A DNA stretch of 64,000 nucleotides from NCBI GenBank assembly GCA_963778655.1, contig CAVZVA010000005.1:608001-672000 (forward strand). The letters are read 5' to 3'. Numbering within the stretch: position 1 is the first letter of the stretch; every line of letters starts with the position of its first letter. This document shows positions 19,624 through 30,105 of this stretch, piece after piece. A model generated the notes under the pieces. That model worked only from the letters and a program-made list of their open reading frames with translations. It did no database searches and was not told the origin of the DNA. Made by a program: the position numbers and the translations under genes. The stretch is from an uncultured delta proteobacterium (GTDB lineage: Bacteria > Myxococcota_A > Polyangia > Polyangiales > JAFGIB01).

Positions 19624-20121
19624 CTAGGCAGCGGCGCCCAGGCGCGGCTGCGGCTCGCCCGGCGTCACAAGCTCGACGTTGCACAGCTCGAGCTCGAGCC
19701 AGCGCAGCACCCGGCCCAGCGCCCACGCTGGCCCGGCTTCCGGCTGGGCGCCAGCCAGCGCCAGGCCGTCGGTCACGCGGAAGCTCGGGTCCAGCCGCTT
19801 GCGCAGGCAGAAGCCGCGAAAATCCGCCGGCCACAGGCGCTCGGCCTGAACCCCGACAGCCAGCGCGCGCACTTCGCCCGCGTCGAACACCAGGGCCTCG
19901 GAGGGAGTTGCGACCGGCCCTGAGATCCACTGGATTTCATGTGCGATCGCCGAGTCTTGCAGATGAATCCTGACTGGGATTGGAAGTCCGGCGAGGTGCT
20001 GTGCCGGCAGCTCCAGCAGCTCGCGGCCAGGCACCTCGGGGCGCGTCCGCACGGGCTCCCAGCTGCGTCGGCCCCGTGCGGGTCCCTCGGCGGCGGCTGC
20101 GCTGGTAGCAGACGGGATCAT
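19624..20121 (-). CDS. Hypothetical protein
   Basis: TATACT box and SD GGGAGG before ATG; fills the gap between crcB and ubiB-like gene. Confidence 0.6.
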   Translation of the reverse strand: MIPSATSAAAAEGPARGRRSWEPVRTRPEVPGRELLELPAQHLAGLPIPVRIHLQDSAIAHEIQWISGPVATPSEALVFDAGEVRALAVGVQAERLWPADFRGFCLRKRLDPSFRVTDGLALAGAQPEAGPAWALGRVLRWLELELCNVELVTPGEPQPRLGAAA

Positions 20122-20183
20122 CTGGCCTCCCGTTCAGTATATAGACCCGCGCCGCGCTCGCGCAAGCGCACAGCGCCCTACGC

Positions 20184-21836
20184 TCAGCGCGGCGGGCGGT
20201 TCTTGCCCAGCGCCATCGACGCGCTGTGCAGCAGCCCCCAGGCGGCGGCGCCGCCGAGCATGGCCCAGCCCAGCAGCACGTGCTCGCCCGCCAGCAGCAC
20301 CGCGCCGGCAACCAGCGCCGCGGCCAGCACCAGGCCGCTGAAGATCCGGCGCCCGAGCCGCTCCTGCGCGTGCATCAGCGAGCTCTGCCGGACCTCCAGC
20401 GTGAGCCGTCCCTGGCGCAGATCTTCCAGGATGTCGTCCGCGAGCCCGGGTAGCTCGGTCGCGGTCGAGCCCAGCCGCGTGGCCAGGTGAAGCAGATCGT
20501 TGGTGATGCGCTCGGGCGAGTAGCGGGCGCCCAGAATTCCGGCAACGTACGGGCGCACCTCTGCGGCCACGTTGAGCTGCGGGTAGATCTGGCGCGCGAT
20601 GCCCTCGATCGTCATCAGAGACTTGCCCACCAACATGAAGTCCGGCGGCACCTCGATGCCGTAGCGCACTGCGCCCCCCGCCAGGTCGCGGATCAGCTCC
20701 GCGAACTCGACCTCTTCCAGACGCTTGTGCAGGTACTTGTCCGCCAGGCGCTCGACCTCGGCCTCGAACGCGCTGCGGTCGATGCGCCGGGTGGGGTGGC
20801 CGATCGCGTACAGCGCCGCGGCCATCGCCCGATAGTCCTCCCGCCCGATGGCGAGCACCAGATCGACCAGGCGATCGCGCAGCTTGGGGCTGAGCCGGCC
20901 CACCAGGCCGAGGTCGATCAGGCCGAGCACCGGCTGGTCGGCGCTGCCGCTGATGAGAATGTTGCCCGGGTGCGGATCGGCGTGAAAGAAGCCGTGCTCG
21001 AAGATCATGCGCACGGTGACCTGCACCGCCGTCTTCGCGATGCGCTCGGCGCTGGCACCGTGGGCGACCGCATCCAGCACCTTCTCGCCCGCGATGTGCG
21101 ACAGCGTGATCACCTTGCGCGAAGAGGCCTCGCGATAGACCGCGGGAAACACCACCGCTGGCAGGTCCGCGAAGTTCTCGGCAAAGCGCTTGGCGTTGTC
21201 GGCCTCCTGGGCGTAGTCGAGCTCCGCGCTGATCGCGCGATCGAACTCGTCGACCAGCTTTACGGGCGAGTACAGCGCGGCTTCCGGCACCGAGCGTTGA
21301 ATCGCGTGGGCCAACCAGTAGAGCAGGTCGATGTCGCGCTCGATGGTGGATGCCACGCCGGGGCGCTGCACCTTGACCACCACGTCGCGCTCGCCTTCCG
21401 CGGTGCGCAGGCGGGCCCGGTAGACCTGACCGATCGAGGCCGACGCTATCGGATTCGGATCGAGCTCGACGAAGAGCTGGTCGACCGGCGCGCCGAGTTG
21501 CTGCTCGATCACGTCCCGCATCTGGTCGAAGGGCACGGGCGGTACGTCGTCCTGAAGGCGCTGCAGCTCGTCGATGATCTCCTGCGGCACCAGGTCGGGG
21601 CGCGTCGAGACGATCTGTCCCAGCTTGACGAAGGACGGTCCCAGCTCCTCGAGCACGCGGCGGATGCGCACGGCGGTGCTGGTCTTGGCCTCGGGCGCCG
21701 CCTTGTCGCTCATCCACGGCGCGAGACTGCCGAGGCCGGTGCGTTCGACCAGCTCGCCGAAGCCGTGCCGTGCGAGCACCGAGGCGATCTCGCGCAGGCG
21801 GCCGAGATCGCGCACGGTGTGCAGCAGCGAGGGCAT
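20184..21836 (-). CDS. AarF/UbiB (ABC1) kinase family protein
   Basis: LGPSFVKLGQ, ASASIGQVY, VKVQRP, FFHADPHPGN, C-terminal TM pair. Confidence 0.9.
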   Translation of the reverse strand: MPSLLHTVRDLGRLREIASVLARHGFGELVERTGLGSLAPWMSDKAAPEAKTSTAVRIRRVLEELGPSFVKLGQIVSTRPDLVPQEIIDELQRLQDDVPPVPFDQMRDVIEQQLGAPVDQLFVELDPNPIASASIGQVYRARLRTAEGERDVVVKVQRPGVASTIERDIDLLYWLAHAIQRSVPEAALYSPVKLVDEFDRAISAELDYAQEADNAKRFAENFADLPAVVFPAVYREASSRKVITLSHIAGEKVLDAVAHGASAERIAKTAVQVTVRMIFEHGFFHADPHPGNILISGSADQPVLGLIDLGLVGRLSPKLRDRLVDLVLAIGREDYRAMAAALYAIGHPTRRIDRSAFEAEVERLADKYLHKRLEEVEFAELIRDLAGGAVRYGIEVPPDFMLVGKSLMTIEGIARQIYPQLNVAAEVRPYVAGILGARYSPERITNDLLHLATRLGSTATELPGLADDILEDLRQGRLTLEVRQSSLMHAQERLGRRIFSGLVLAAALVAGAVLLAGEHVLLGWAMLGGAAAWGLLHSASMALGKNRPPR

Positions 21837-21848
21837 GGCTCTCATCGC

Positions 21849-22076
21849 CTAGGGTCCCGCGTCCCCAGCGCCGGCGGCTGGCGCCGGGGCCTGTGCGCCG
21901 GCCCCCGCATCGGGTGCGGCCGTCGAAGCGTCCGCGGGCGCGGGCGGCGCGGGCTTGGGGGCCTGCAACGGGGCCTCGATTGGAGGGTACTCAGGTGGCA
22001 GCTCGGCGTGCGATGCGCATCCGGCGCACAGCCCCAAGAGGGTCGCTGCAAGCGGTCGAACGGCGCGGGCCAGCAC
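21849..22076 (-). CDS. Small Pro/Ala-rich putative lipoprotein
   Basis: Hydrophobic stretch with LCAGC lipobox; GTG start inferred. Confidence 0.45.
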   Translation of the reverse strand: MLARAVRPLAATLLGLCAGCASHAELPPEYPPIEAPLQAPKPAPPAPADASTAAPDAGAGAQAPAPAAGAGDAGP

Positions 22077-22215
22077 GCGCTTGCCATACCGCAGGAGGCC
22101 CTCGCCGCAAAGGCCGGCGCCCGAAACAGGCCTGGCCCGGAGCGAGAAGTCGAGCGATTTGCAGATGTTTCGGGTCAGAAACACAATAGAAACAATCAGC
22201 GGGTACCTCCTTTAG

Positions 22216-22584
<369 letters not shown>

Positions 22585-22607
22585 GCGCGCGGAGTTTCGG
22601 CAGCGAT

Positions 22608-22631
22608 TCGGGGTCGCACGCGCGACCCCGA
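22608..22631. terminator. Perfect 10-bp hairpin after glnB (no U-tract)
   Basis: TCGGGGTCGC-ACGC-GCGACCCCGA. Confidence 0.45.
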
Positions 22632-22775
22632 TCCGGCCCGGGGAGGTTGGGGCTGCCTTCCGTAGGCGGGAGAACCTGCGGTTTGACGGGCTCTCCGCAG
22701 GTCGGCTAGCATCCGGAGACGGGTTCGCGGCTGAGCGCGTGACAAAAACGCCTTTGATCGCGACGTGTTGCCGTC

Positions 22776-23636
22776 ATGCCGGTCGCCTCGCTCGTTGCCG
22801 CCACCTCGCTTCGGGTGCTCCCCCGCAAGCGCTTAAGCCGCGTTTTGGGCCAGCTGGCGCGGGTCGGGGCTCCCGAGGCGGTGCTACGCACGGCGGTGCA
22901 CGCCTACTGCCGGACCTACGATGTCGACCTCGCCGACTTCGAGGTGCCTGCCGGTGGCTTTCCGAGCTTCGACGCGTTCTTTACCCGCAGGCTGCGGGAA
23001 GGCGTTCGAACCGTCGACCCCGACCCGGACGCGATCGTGTCGCCCGCCGACGGCCGGGTCGAGGATCTGGGGGTGATCGAGCCGGGCGCGATCATGCGGG
23101 TCAAGGGACGTAGCTACGAAGTGGGCGAGCTGCTGGGCGACCCCGCCGCGGGCGCCGAGCTGGAGGGCGGTCACTTCGCGGTGATCTACTTGTCCCCGAG
23201 GGACTACCACCGCGTGCACGCCCCGGTGAGCGGGCCGGTCAGTGCGCTGCGCCACATTCCCGGCACACTGTTTCCCGTCAACAACATCGGAGTGCGCCAT
23301 GTCCCGCGGCTGCTCGCGCGCAACGAGCGCGTCGCCGTTCACCAGCGCAGCGAGCGCTGCGGTCGCGTGATCACGGTGATGGTCGGTGCGATCGGCGTGG
23401 GCCGCATCAGCCTGAGCTTCGACGACTCCGTGATCACCAACGCGGGGCGTCGGGCGGGGCTAAGCGTGTACGGCGACTATCCGCCGGTGCTCGAGCGCGG
23501 TGCCGAGCTCGGCGTGTTTCATCTCGGCTCGACGGTGGTGTTGCTGATCGCACCCGGTCGATCGCGGTCGCTGGTCCTTCGTCCCGGTGATCGCGTACGC
23601 ATGGGCGACGCCATCGCTCGGAAGGGCAGCGAATGA
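22776..23636 (+). CDS. psd: Phosphatidylserine decarboxylase proenzyme
   Basis: FFTRRL, SPADG, YLSPRDYHRVH, LGST cleavage motif. Confidence 0.93.
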   Translation: MPVASLVAATSLRVLPRKRLSRVLGQLARVGAPEAVLRTAVHAYCRTYDVDLADFEVPAGGFPSFDAFFTRRLREGVRTVDPDPDAIVSPADGRVEDLGVIEPGAIMRVKGRSYEVGELLGDPAAGAELEGGHFAVIYLSPRDYHRVHAPVSGPVSALRHIPGTLFPVNNIGVRHVPRLLARNERVAVHQRSERCGRVITVMVGAIGVGRISLSFDDSVITNAGRRAGLSVYGDYPPVLERGAELGVFHLGSTVVLLIAPGRSRSLVLRPGDRVRMGDAIARKGSE

Positions 23637-25579
23637 GCGAGGACACGAGCGCGAAACGGTCCGCACGCCGCCGGCGGACCACGCGTGCCGGCCGGCGCAG
23701 CGCGTTTCGCATGCCCGAGGGCGTCGCGCACGACAGCTGGCGGCCGGAGTACCGGGAGGCACAGGGCGAGGGCGGGGACCTCGAAGGCGAGGACGATCTG
23801 CTCGAGGAAGACGCGGGCGCCGGCGAGGACGCGGACGACGATCGCCACGACACGTTCGAGATGCGGGCGACGGATGGCGGCGATCCGCCGGCGCAGGACG
23901 ATCCGGCTGCGGCGCTCACGCCGCTGCCGGCGTCGCCCGACGACGAGAAGACGCTGCCGCGCATTCGCGTCGACGAGGCGATCGAGTCGGCCGCGTCGCG
24001 AGCTGCAGGCCGGGGCGACTCCGATGCCGACCCGCTGACCAATCCCAGGATCCCGATCGCCGGGCTCGGCTTCAGCGAGGCTGCTCCCGCAGGACCGCCG
24101 CCCGCGGTCCTGATCGCGCGCGCGCAGATCATCAGCGACCCGCCACCGCCACCGCGCCCGCGTGCGGAGCCGGTTGAGCAGCCGAAGCCGGCGGCACCGG
24201 TGCCGCATCCGGTCGAGCAAGAGCGCGAGTCGGTGCCGGAGCTCGAAGCGCTGCCCGAGCGCGAGTCGGTGCCGGAGCTCGAAGCGCTGCCCGAGCGCGA
24301 GTCGGTGCCGGAGCTCGAAGCGCTGCCCGAGCGCGAGTCGGTGCCGGAGCTCGAAGCGCTGCCCGAGCGCGAGTCGGTGCCGGAGCTCGAAGCGCTGCCC
24401 GAGCCCGAAGCCGCCACCTTGGTGGGCGCGCCATCGCCTGCGGCAGAGCCTGCGCGAGCGCGACCCGAGCTGGCCGCAGCCGACGTCGCGCAGATCCCGG
24501 ACGTGGAGCTCGAAGAGGGCGGCCTGCAGCTGGTCGACGTGGAAGATGTGGGCGGCGCGCCCGCGCGCACGCCCCCGCCCCCGCCGCCCAGCCCGCGTCT
24601 GGAGTCGAGCTCGCTGCCGCCCACAGGCCGGCCCAAGCCACCTCCGCCCGTGACGGCGCGCGCCGAAGCGGCCTCGGCGCCGCCTGCCGCGCGGCCGAAG
24701 CCGCCGCCTCCGCCCGGCGCTCGAAGCGAGGACGATCGCCAGAAGCGCAAGCAGGCGCGGCAATGGTGGGAGCGCTTTTTCTCCGACGACTACCTGATGA
24801 CAGTGCTGACGCCCAACGCGGCGCAGATCGCCAAGCAGGTCGACTTCATAGAGGCCAGCCTCGGCTTGCCCAAGGCGGCGACGGTGTTGGACGTGGGCTG
24901 TGGCCTGGGCCTGCATGCGGTCGAGCTGGCGCGGCGCGGATATCTGGTGGTCGGGCTCGACCTGTCGCTGGCCATGATCACGCGCGCTGCCGAGACCGCG
25001 CAGGAGCAAGGGCTCAAGATCAACTTCATCCACGCCGACATCCGTGAGATGGAGTTCGACGGCGCGTTCGATGCTGTGATCTGCATGGGGACCACGCTGG
25101 GCTTCTTCGACGAGGACTCCAACCGCGACGTTCTCACGCGTCTCTATCAGGCGCTGCGGCCCGGGGGCCGGCTGCTGGTCGAGGTGGTCAACCGCGACTA
25201 CGTGATCGGCTGTCAACCCAACCTGGTGTGGTTTGAGGGCGACGGCTGCGTGTGCATGGAAGAAAGCGACTTCAACTACTTCACTTCGCGCCTGACCGTG
25301 AAACGCACGTTGATGCGCGAGGACGGACAGCAGAGCAACGCGGAGTATTCGTTGCGGTTGTATTCGCTGCACGAGCTGGGACAGCTGATGCAACAGGTGG
25401 GTTTCCGCGTGATCGACGTCAGCGGGCAGGAGGCGATCCGAGGCGCGTTTTTCGGCGTGCAGTCACCGCGCATCTTGATGCTGGCCGAGCGCCGGGCGCC
25501 GGGGCGGTTGTCGACCGCGATGCCGCCGGAGCGGGCCAGCGCCGAGATCGCGAAGCCGCCGCCCAAGCCCGAACTCTAG
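23633..25579 (+). CDS. Class I SAM-dependent methyltransferase with long acidic/Pro-rich N-terminus
   Basis: VLDVGCGLG, GLDLS, ADIR, ALRPGGRLL; ATGA overlap with psd. Confidence 0.85.
   Translation: MSEDTSAKRSARRRRTTRAGRRSAFRMPEGVAHDSWRPEYREAQGEGGDLEGEDDLLEEDAGAGEDADDDRHDTFEMRATDGGDPPAQDDPAAALTPLPASPDDEKTLPRIRVDEAIESAASRAAGRGDSDADPLTNPRIPIAGLGFSEAAPAGPPPAVLIARAQIISDPPPPPRPRAEPVEQPKPAAPVPHPVEQERESVPELEALPERESVPELEALPERESVPELEALPERESVPELEALPERESVPELEALPEPEAATLVGAPSPAAEPARARPELAAADVAQIPDVELEEGGLQLVDVEDVGGAPARTPPPPPPSPRLESSSLPPTGRPKPPPPVTARAEAASAPPAARPKPPPPPGARSEDDRQKRKQARQWWERFFSDDYLMTVLTPNAAQIAKQVDFIEASLGLPKAATVLDVGCGLGLHAVELARRGYLVVGLDLSLAMITRAAETAQEQGLKINFIHADIREMEFDGAFDAVICMGTTLGFFDEDSNRDVLTRLYQALRPGGRLLVEVVNRDYVIGCQPNLVWFEGDGCVCMEESDFNYFTSRLTVKRTLMREDGQQSNAEYSLRLYSLHELGQLMQQVGFRVIDVSGQEAIRGAFFGVQSPRILMLAERRAPGRLSTAMPPERASAEIAKPPPKPEL
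24221..24400 (+). repeat. Five exact 36-bp tandem repeats (ERESVPELEALP)
   Basis: GAGCGCGAGTCGGTGCCGGAGCTCGAAGCGCTGCCC x5, no spacers. Confidence 0.95.
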
Positions 25580-25620
25580 CGACGCGCCTCAGATCCTCGC
25601 TCCGGTTCTCGAGGCCAGGC

Positions 25621-26268
25621 TCAATTGGCCAGCGTGCCCGTGAGATCGTAGTGAGCGCTGCAGGGTAGCGCCTGGAAAGGACCGGCCTGGGTGGCCAGCA
25701 GGGCGCTGCAGTCGCCGGACGCGGCGTGCAGGTCGATGTCATTGTCGGCCTGAAGGTCGTCCGCTGCGCCGGTCCCGGCATCGTAAGCGCCGGTGGCGTC
25801 GCCGCCGTCCGCGCTCTGCGTGCGGTTGAGGCGGCCGCGCACGTGCTCTGCGACCGTGAGCTGGCACGGCAGGGTCGGCGGTGCGTCGAGCTGGTCGTAG
25901 ACCTGAGGGTTGGCGAGCTTGCTCGGATCCATCTCGATCAAGGCTTCGACTGGATCCATGGGCATGGCGCCGCCCACCTGGTAGGTCGACTGCAGCTCGA
26001 ACGCGAAGCTGCCATCAGCGTCGAGCTCGCCGCTGCGCGCGGGGGGGACGTTCTGCACCCAGTAGGCGGTGCCATCGCTCTCGCGGATCTGCACGTCGAA
26101 GCTGAGCGTGCTGGCGGCGGGCAGCGCCGCGCTGCCGCAGCTGTTGTCGGTCAGGGCGCCTGTGATGTGATAAGCGCCGACCAAGTCACCCGGCGGCTCG
26201 GGCGTCTTGCATGCGCACAGCCAAAGCGCGAGCGACGCGAGACACGGAGCCAGCACACGCGAGCGCAC
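25621..26268 (-). CDS. Hypothetical lipoprotein
   Basis: Signal peptide with LCAC lipobox; paired Cys. Confidence 0.7.
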   Translation of the reverse strand: MRSRVLAPCLASLALWLCACKTPEPPGDLVGAYHITGALTDNSCGSAALPAASTLSFDVQIRESDGTAYWVQNVPPARSGELDADGSFAFELQSTYQVGGAMPMDPVEALIEMDPSKLANPQVYDQLDAPPTLPCQLTVAEHVRGRLNRTQSADGGDATGAYDAGTGAADDLQADNDIDLHAASGDCSALLATQAGPFQALPCSAHYDLTGTLAN

Positions 26269-26336
26269 GGCTTTTCGCGTACCGCGGCGCGCCGCGAACG
26301 GTCAAGAAAAGCGCCGAGCCCGCCGGCGGAACCCGG

Positions 26337-27851
26337 TCAGCCGCGGGTGCGCTGGTGGGGCGCCTTGGGTGCCGTTGTGTCGGGCGCGGCCTTGCCCTGG
26401 TCCGGGCAGCCGTCCTGGTCCTCGACACCGTCGATGTCCTCCGGCTGGTCCGGACACTGATCCTCGTCGTCGGGAATGCCGTCGCCGTCGTAGTCGGTTT
26501 CCGGGCAGCCGTCTTCATCTCCGAAGCCGTCGGTGTCCTCCGGCACGTCCGGGCACTTGTCGACGTTGTCCGGCACGCCGTCGCGGTCGCGGTCATTGTC
26601 CGGGCAGCCGTCCTCGTCGCGATCGCCGTCCTTGTCCTCGGGCTCGTTGGGGCACGAGTCGTAGCCGTCCTGGATGCCGTCGTTGTCGTTGTCGAGGTCG
26701 GGACAGCCGTCGGTGTCTTGGAAGCCGTCCGCATCCTCCGGCTGGTCGGGGCACTTGTCGGTGGCGTCGGGGATGCCGTCGTTGTCGTTGTCGAGGTCGG
26801 GACAGCCGTCGTCGTCCTGGAAGCCGTCCTTGTCTTCGCGCTCGGTGGGACAAGCGTCGTTCTTGTCCGGGACCCCGTCGCCGTCGCTGTCCAATCCCTG
26901 CGGCCGGTAGCTCGCGCCCGCGACCGCGCGCACGTCCGGCACGCCTACGCCGCTGATCAAGCCTGTGCCCAAGCCGGCCAGGATGGCGAAGTCGCCGACC
27001 GAGATCTCGCCGGCGATGCGCGCCTCGAGTGGGTTCTCGTCCAGGCGGCTGGTGAGGTGGGTCGCGCCGGTCACCTCTCCGATCACGCGCACCAGCGGCG
27101 TTGCCTGGAAGCTGCCGCCGGCACCGTAGATCATCTCGGAGCCGACCTTGGTCGACAGCAGCTCGCGCTCGGGGCGAAACACGCCTCCGACGTTCACCGC
27201 GAGGTTGAGCTTGCTTGTCCCGTACTCGGCCACGACGTGGCCGCCGCCGGTCACGGTGGCGTCGCCGATGCTGCGCGCCTTGGCGATGGCCTGGCCGATG
27301 GGCGCGGTCGCGAAGCCCACCACGGCCAGCGAAAAGCCTTCACTGCCCTGCCCGACCAGCCGCACCTTCGCGCTCAGCCGTGGATCGCCGAGGCCCAGCG
27401 CGTTGCCGCCGCGGATGTCGACGTAGGGTTGGCTGTAGCCGGGCGTTGCGGCGCCGAAGCTGTCGCCGCTGGTCGCGATGATCGGCACCACCAGCCCGAG
27501 CTGCAAGCGTTGCCAGAGCGTCAGCGTGCCCATGGCATCGAAGGCCAGCTGATAGGAGACGATGTTGACCTTGGACTGCTTGACCGAGCACTTGTTCGGA
27601 TCGCCGCCGCTGCAGGTCGCCGTATACAGGGCGAAGGGCCGATGGGCGAAGTCGATGAACAGCCCCGCGCTGGGGGTGAGGTGTCCCCCGATCACGGCCC
27701 CGTCGACCATGATGTAGTTGCCCGGCCCCGGTGCAGGCGTGAATCGGTTGGCCGAGAAACGGTCGTTTGGGATCGACTGCGCGTTGGCCTGAACGCTCGC
27801 GCCCAGCGCACCCAGCAGTGAAAGAACCCCTAGAATCAAGTTCCCGCGCAT
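26337..27851 (-). CDS. Outer-membrane protein with thrombospondin type-3 (TSP3) Ca-binding repeats
   Basis: Signal peptide, beta-barrel-like region (GLGDPRLSAKV), five 33-aa DxDxDGxxDxxDxCP...EDxDGxxDxDGCP units. Confidence 0.85.
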   Translation of the reverse strand: MRGNLILGVLSLLGALGASVQANAQSIPNDRFSANRFTPAPGPGNYIMVDGAVIGGHLTPSAGLFIDFAHRPFALYTATCSGGDPNKCSVKQSKVNIVSYQLAFDAMGTLTLWQRLQLGLVVPIIATSGDSFGAATPGYSQPYVDIRGGNALGLGDPRLSAKVRLVGQGSEGFSLAVVGFATAPIGQAIAKARSIGDATVTGGGHVVAEYGTSKLNLAVNVGGVFRPERELLSTKVGSEMIYGAGGSFQATPLVRVIGEVTGATHLTSRLDENPLEARIAGEISVGDFAILAGLGTGLISGVGVPDVRAVAGASYRPQGLDSDGDGVPDKNDACPTEREDKDGFQDDDGCPDLDNDNDGIPDATDKCPDQPEDADGFQDTDGCPDLDNDNDGIQDGYDSCPNEPEDKDGDRDEDGCPDNDRDRDGVPDNVDKCPDVPEDTDGFGDEDGCPETDYDGDGIPDDEDQCPDQPEDIDGVEDQDGCPDQGKAAPDTTAPKAPHQRTRG

Positions 27852-28110
27852 CGATGATGTCCCCGACGCTGGGCGAGCAAAACCGAGGGCGCCAAGCATG
27901 AAGATTCGCGCGACTATGGCATCGATCGGGCGGCGATTTCAATCCCGACGTGAAGCTGGTTGCACGCGGCGCGCGCGCGCACCAGGTATCGCGTGTCCGT
28001 GTCATGCGCACGCATGCATACATGCGACTGTGGCACGCCCGGGGCTGAAAGCGTGAGCTTGGCCTCGCGAAATCGGATCGCAGCTGGAGCGCGATCGAAG
28101 CCGCGGAACG

Positions 28111-28890
28111 TCAGTACGCGACCTCGAAGTCGCAATTGAAGGTGACGTCGGCAGCGACCGCGACACCGTTGCGATCGAGTGGCGGCACGAATGGTGGCGC
28201 TTGGCGCAGCATCTCGCGGCACGCCGAAGCGAACGCGAAGCCGGTAGGGGACTCCTGCAGCACGCGGATGTCGCCGACCCGCCCGCTGGGCAGGATGCGC
28301 AACCGCACCACGACCTTGCCCTCGACGCCCTGCAGGTGCGCGCGCCTGGGGTAGTTGCGCTCGAGCAGCGCGTTCAACCCGGCGGGCGGCGCGGGCTTGC
28401 GCGACAGCGATCCGAGCGCCACCACGCGAGGGCCGACCGGGCCGGTCTTGGCGGCAGCCTGCTGCGGGGCGGGGCCCTGGCGGCTGGCGATCTTGCCGAC
28501 GGGCCCCTTGAGCGGCGCGCCACTGCCGACCACGGTGGACCAGCTCGCGCCGTTTTCGGCGGTCAGGGTCACGCCGGTGAAGTCCGCGACCTCTTCGGGC
28601 GGCGGCGCCGCGGGCTGGGGCGGTGGCTCGGCGGGCTTGGGGGCCGCCCTGTGCGGCGCGACCTTGGGCGGGTCGGGCGGCGGCTCCGGCTCCTTTTCCT
28701 TGGGCTTGGGCGGCTCCACCACCGGCGGCGGCTTGGGCGGGTCAATCACCTCGAACTCGGCTTCGTGCATCGCCAGCACGCGCGAGGGTGGAGGCACCAG
28801 GCCGAGCGCGGAGAACACCACGATGTGCGTCGACGCGCTCATCGCGAGCAGGCCGAATGTTCGAGCTCGGACACTTCCGCGGACAGTCAC
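28111..28890 (-). CDS. tonB: Energy transducer TonB family protein
   Basis: TM with SxxxH (SASTH), Pro-rich linker, YPRRA...GVEGKV C-domain. Confidence 0.85.
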   Translation of the reverse strand: MTVRGSVRARTFGLLAMSASTHIVVFSALGLVPPPSRVLAMHEAEFEVIDPPKPPPVVEPPKPKEKEPEPPPDPPKVAPHRAAPKPAEPPPQPAAPPPEEVADFTGVTLTAENGASWSTVVGSGAPLKGPVGKIASRQGPAPQQAAAKTGPVGPRVVALGSLSRKPAPPAGLNALLERNYPRRAHLQGVEGKVVVRLRILPSGRVGDIRVLQESPTGFAFASACREMLRQAPPFVPPLDRNGVAVAADVTFNCDFEVAY

Positions 28891-29309
28891 TTCTTCTTCA
28901 TGTCTTCGAGGGGACTGGTGTTGATCGCAAACTTGGTGACTTTCTCGCGGCGCAGTAGGTCGATCACCGAGACCACTTCGGCGTGCATCACCCGGCCGTC
29001 GGCAGAGATGATCGCTTTGAGGTCGGGATCCTTGGCATACGCGGAGTGCACGCGCTGCTGCAGCTCGGTCTTGTCGATCGAGGTTCCGTCCAGATACAGC
29101 TTGCCCGCCACGTCGATCGAGATCGACATCGTCGGCGTGGTCGCCTCCCCGGTGGCCGCCTTGGGCAGCTCCACGTTGATCGCCTTGTTGACGAGGTAGC
29201 TCGAGGTCACCATCAACACGATCAGCAGCACGAGCACGATGTCGACCAACGGCGTGACGTTGATCGAGGTGATCATCTCCTCGTCGTCTTGCTTTACGCC
29301 GCCTGCCAT
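28887..29309 (-). CDS. exbD: ExbD/TolR family protein
   Basis: INVTPLVDIVLVLLIVLMV, ISAD. Confidence 0.92.
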   Translation of the reverse strand: MAGGVKQDDEEMITSINVTPLVDIVLVLLIVLMVTSSYLVNKAINVELPKAATGEATTPTMSISIDVAGKLYLDGTSIDKTELQQRVHSAYAKDPDLKAIISADGRVMHAEVVSVIDLLRREKVTKFAINTSPLEDMKKK

Positions 29310-29319
29310 GACGCCTCCG

Positions 29320-29976
29320 CTACTCGGCCGCCTCGGGCCGGCTGCTGGCGTGCTTGACGCTGAGCATGTGCGAGATCACCAGGCTCCCGAGCGAGTTGCC
29401 GCGTCCGATGCGCACCTTGATCAAGCGCTGGAAGTAGTTGAAGGCCGCGACTGCGGGAATCGCCACCAGGATGCCGATCGCGGTGGCGACCAGCGCCTCG
29501 CCGATGTCCGCCATCAAGCCGGCGGTCACCTTGCCCTGGCTCTGGTCGAGGCTGTGAAAGGAGCGGATGATGCCGATCACCGTGCCGAGCAGCCCCACGA
29601 ACGGCGCGTTGGCGCCGACCGTGCCCAGGAACGCGAGGTTGCGCTCCATATGAAGGCGCGCGATCTGCTGCTCGCCGTGCATCCGCTCGGTCGCGGCCTC
29701 GACGCCGTCGTCGGCCGAGTCCAGCGCGGCGGCTGCGACCATGGCCTCGAACGAGCGCGATTGCTGCAGGCGCCGCGCGGCTTCGCTCAGCCGCCCGTGG
29801 CGCAGGTGCTCGAGCAGGTCGGCTCGCAGCTTGTCGATGTCGTCGCGGGTGGCGGCGAAGAAGTACACCCGTTCCAGCATGATGGCCAGGCCCACGATCG
29901 AAAGCCCCACGAGCAACCACATGACCCAAGTGGCCCCGAGCATGGCGAACGCGGTGAGGCGTTCCTGAATGTTCAT
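29320..29976 (-). CDS. exbB: ExbB/TolQ/MotA proton channel
   Basis: APFVGLLGTVIGI, EALVATAIGILVAIPA. Confidence 0.92.
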   Translation of the reverse strand: MNIQERLTAFAMLGATWVMWLLVGLSIVGLAIMLERVYFFAATRDDIDKLRADLLEHLRHGRLSEAARRLQQSRSFEAMVAAAALDSADDGVEAATERMHGEQQIARLHMERNLAFLGTVGANAPFVGLLGTVIGIIRSFHSLDQSQGKVTAGLMADIGEALVATAIGILVAIPAVAAFNYFQRLIKVRIGRGNSLGSLVISHMLSVKHASSRPEAAE

Positions 29977-30105
29977 TGCTTCTCCAGTGCTGCTGCTACG
30001 GCGCCGAAAATTGGCGCTCGGTGCCCAAGGTTTACGCAACCCTCAGCCCGCGGCAAGTATGCACTGTCTGATACGTCGGGCGAGGGCGCGGTCATTTTGT
30101 CACGG

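Noticed and set aside
24221..24400. 36-bp repeats as a CRISPR array
   Set aside because: The repeats are contiguous with no spacers, lie in frame within a CDS, and there are no cas genes.
28111..29976. AglRQS gliding motor
   Set aside because: There is only one ExbD/TolR-like gene plus a TonB, and no glt genes nearby.
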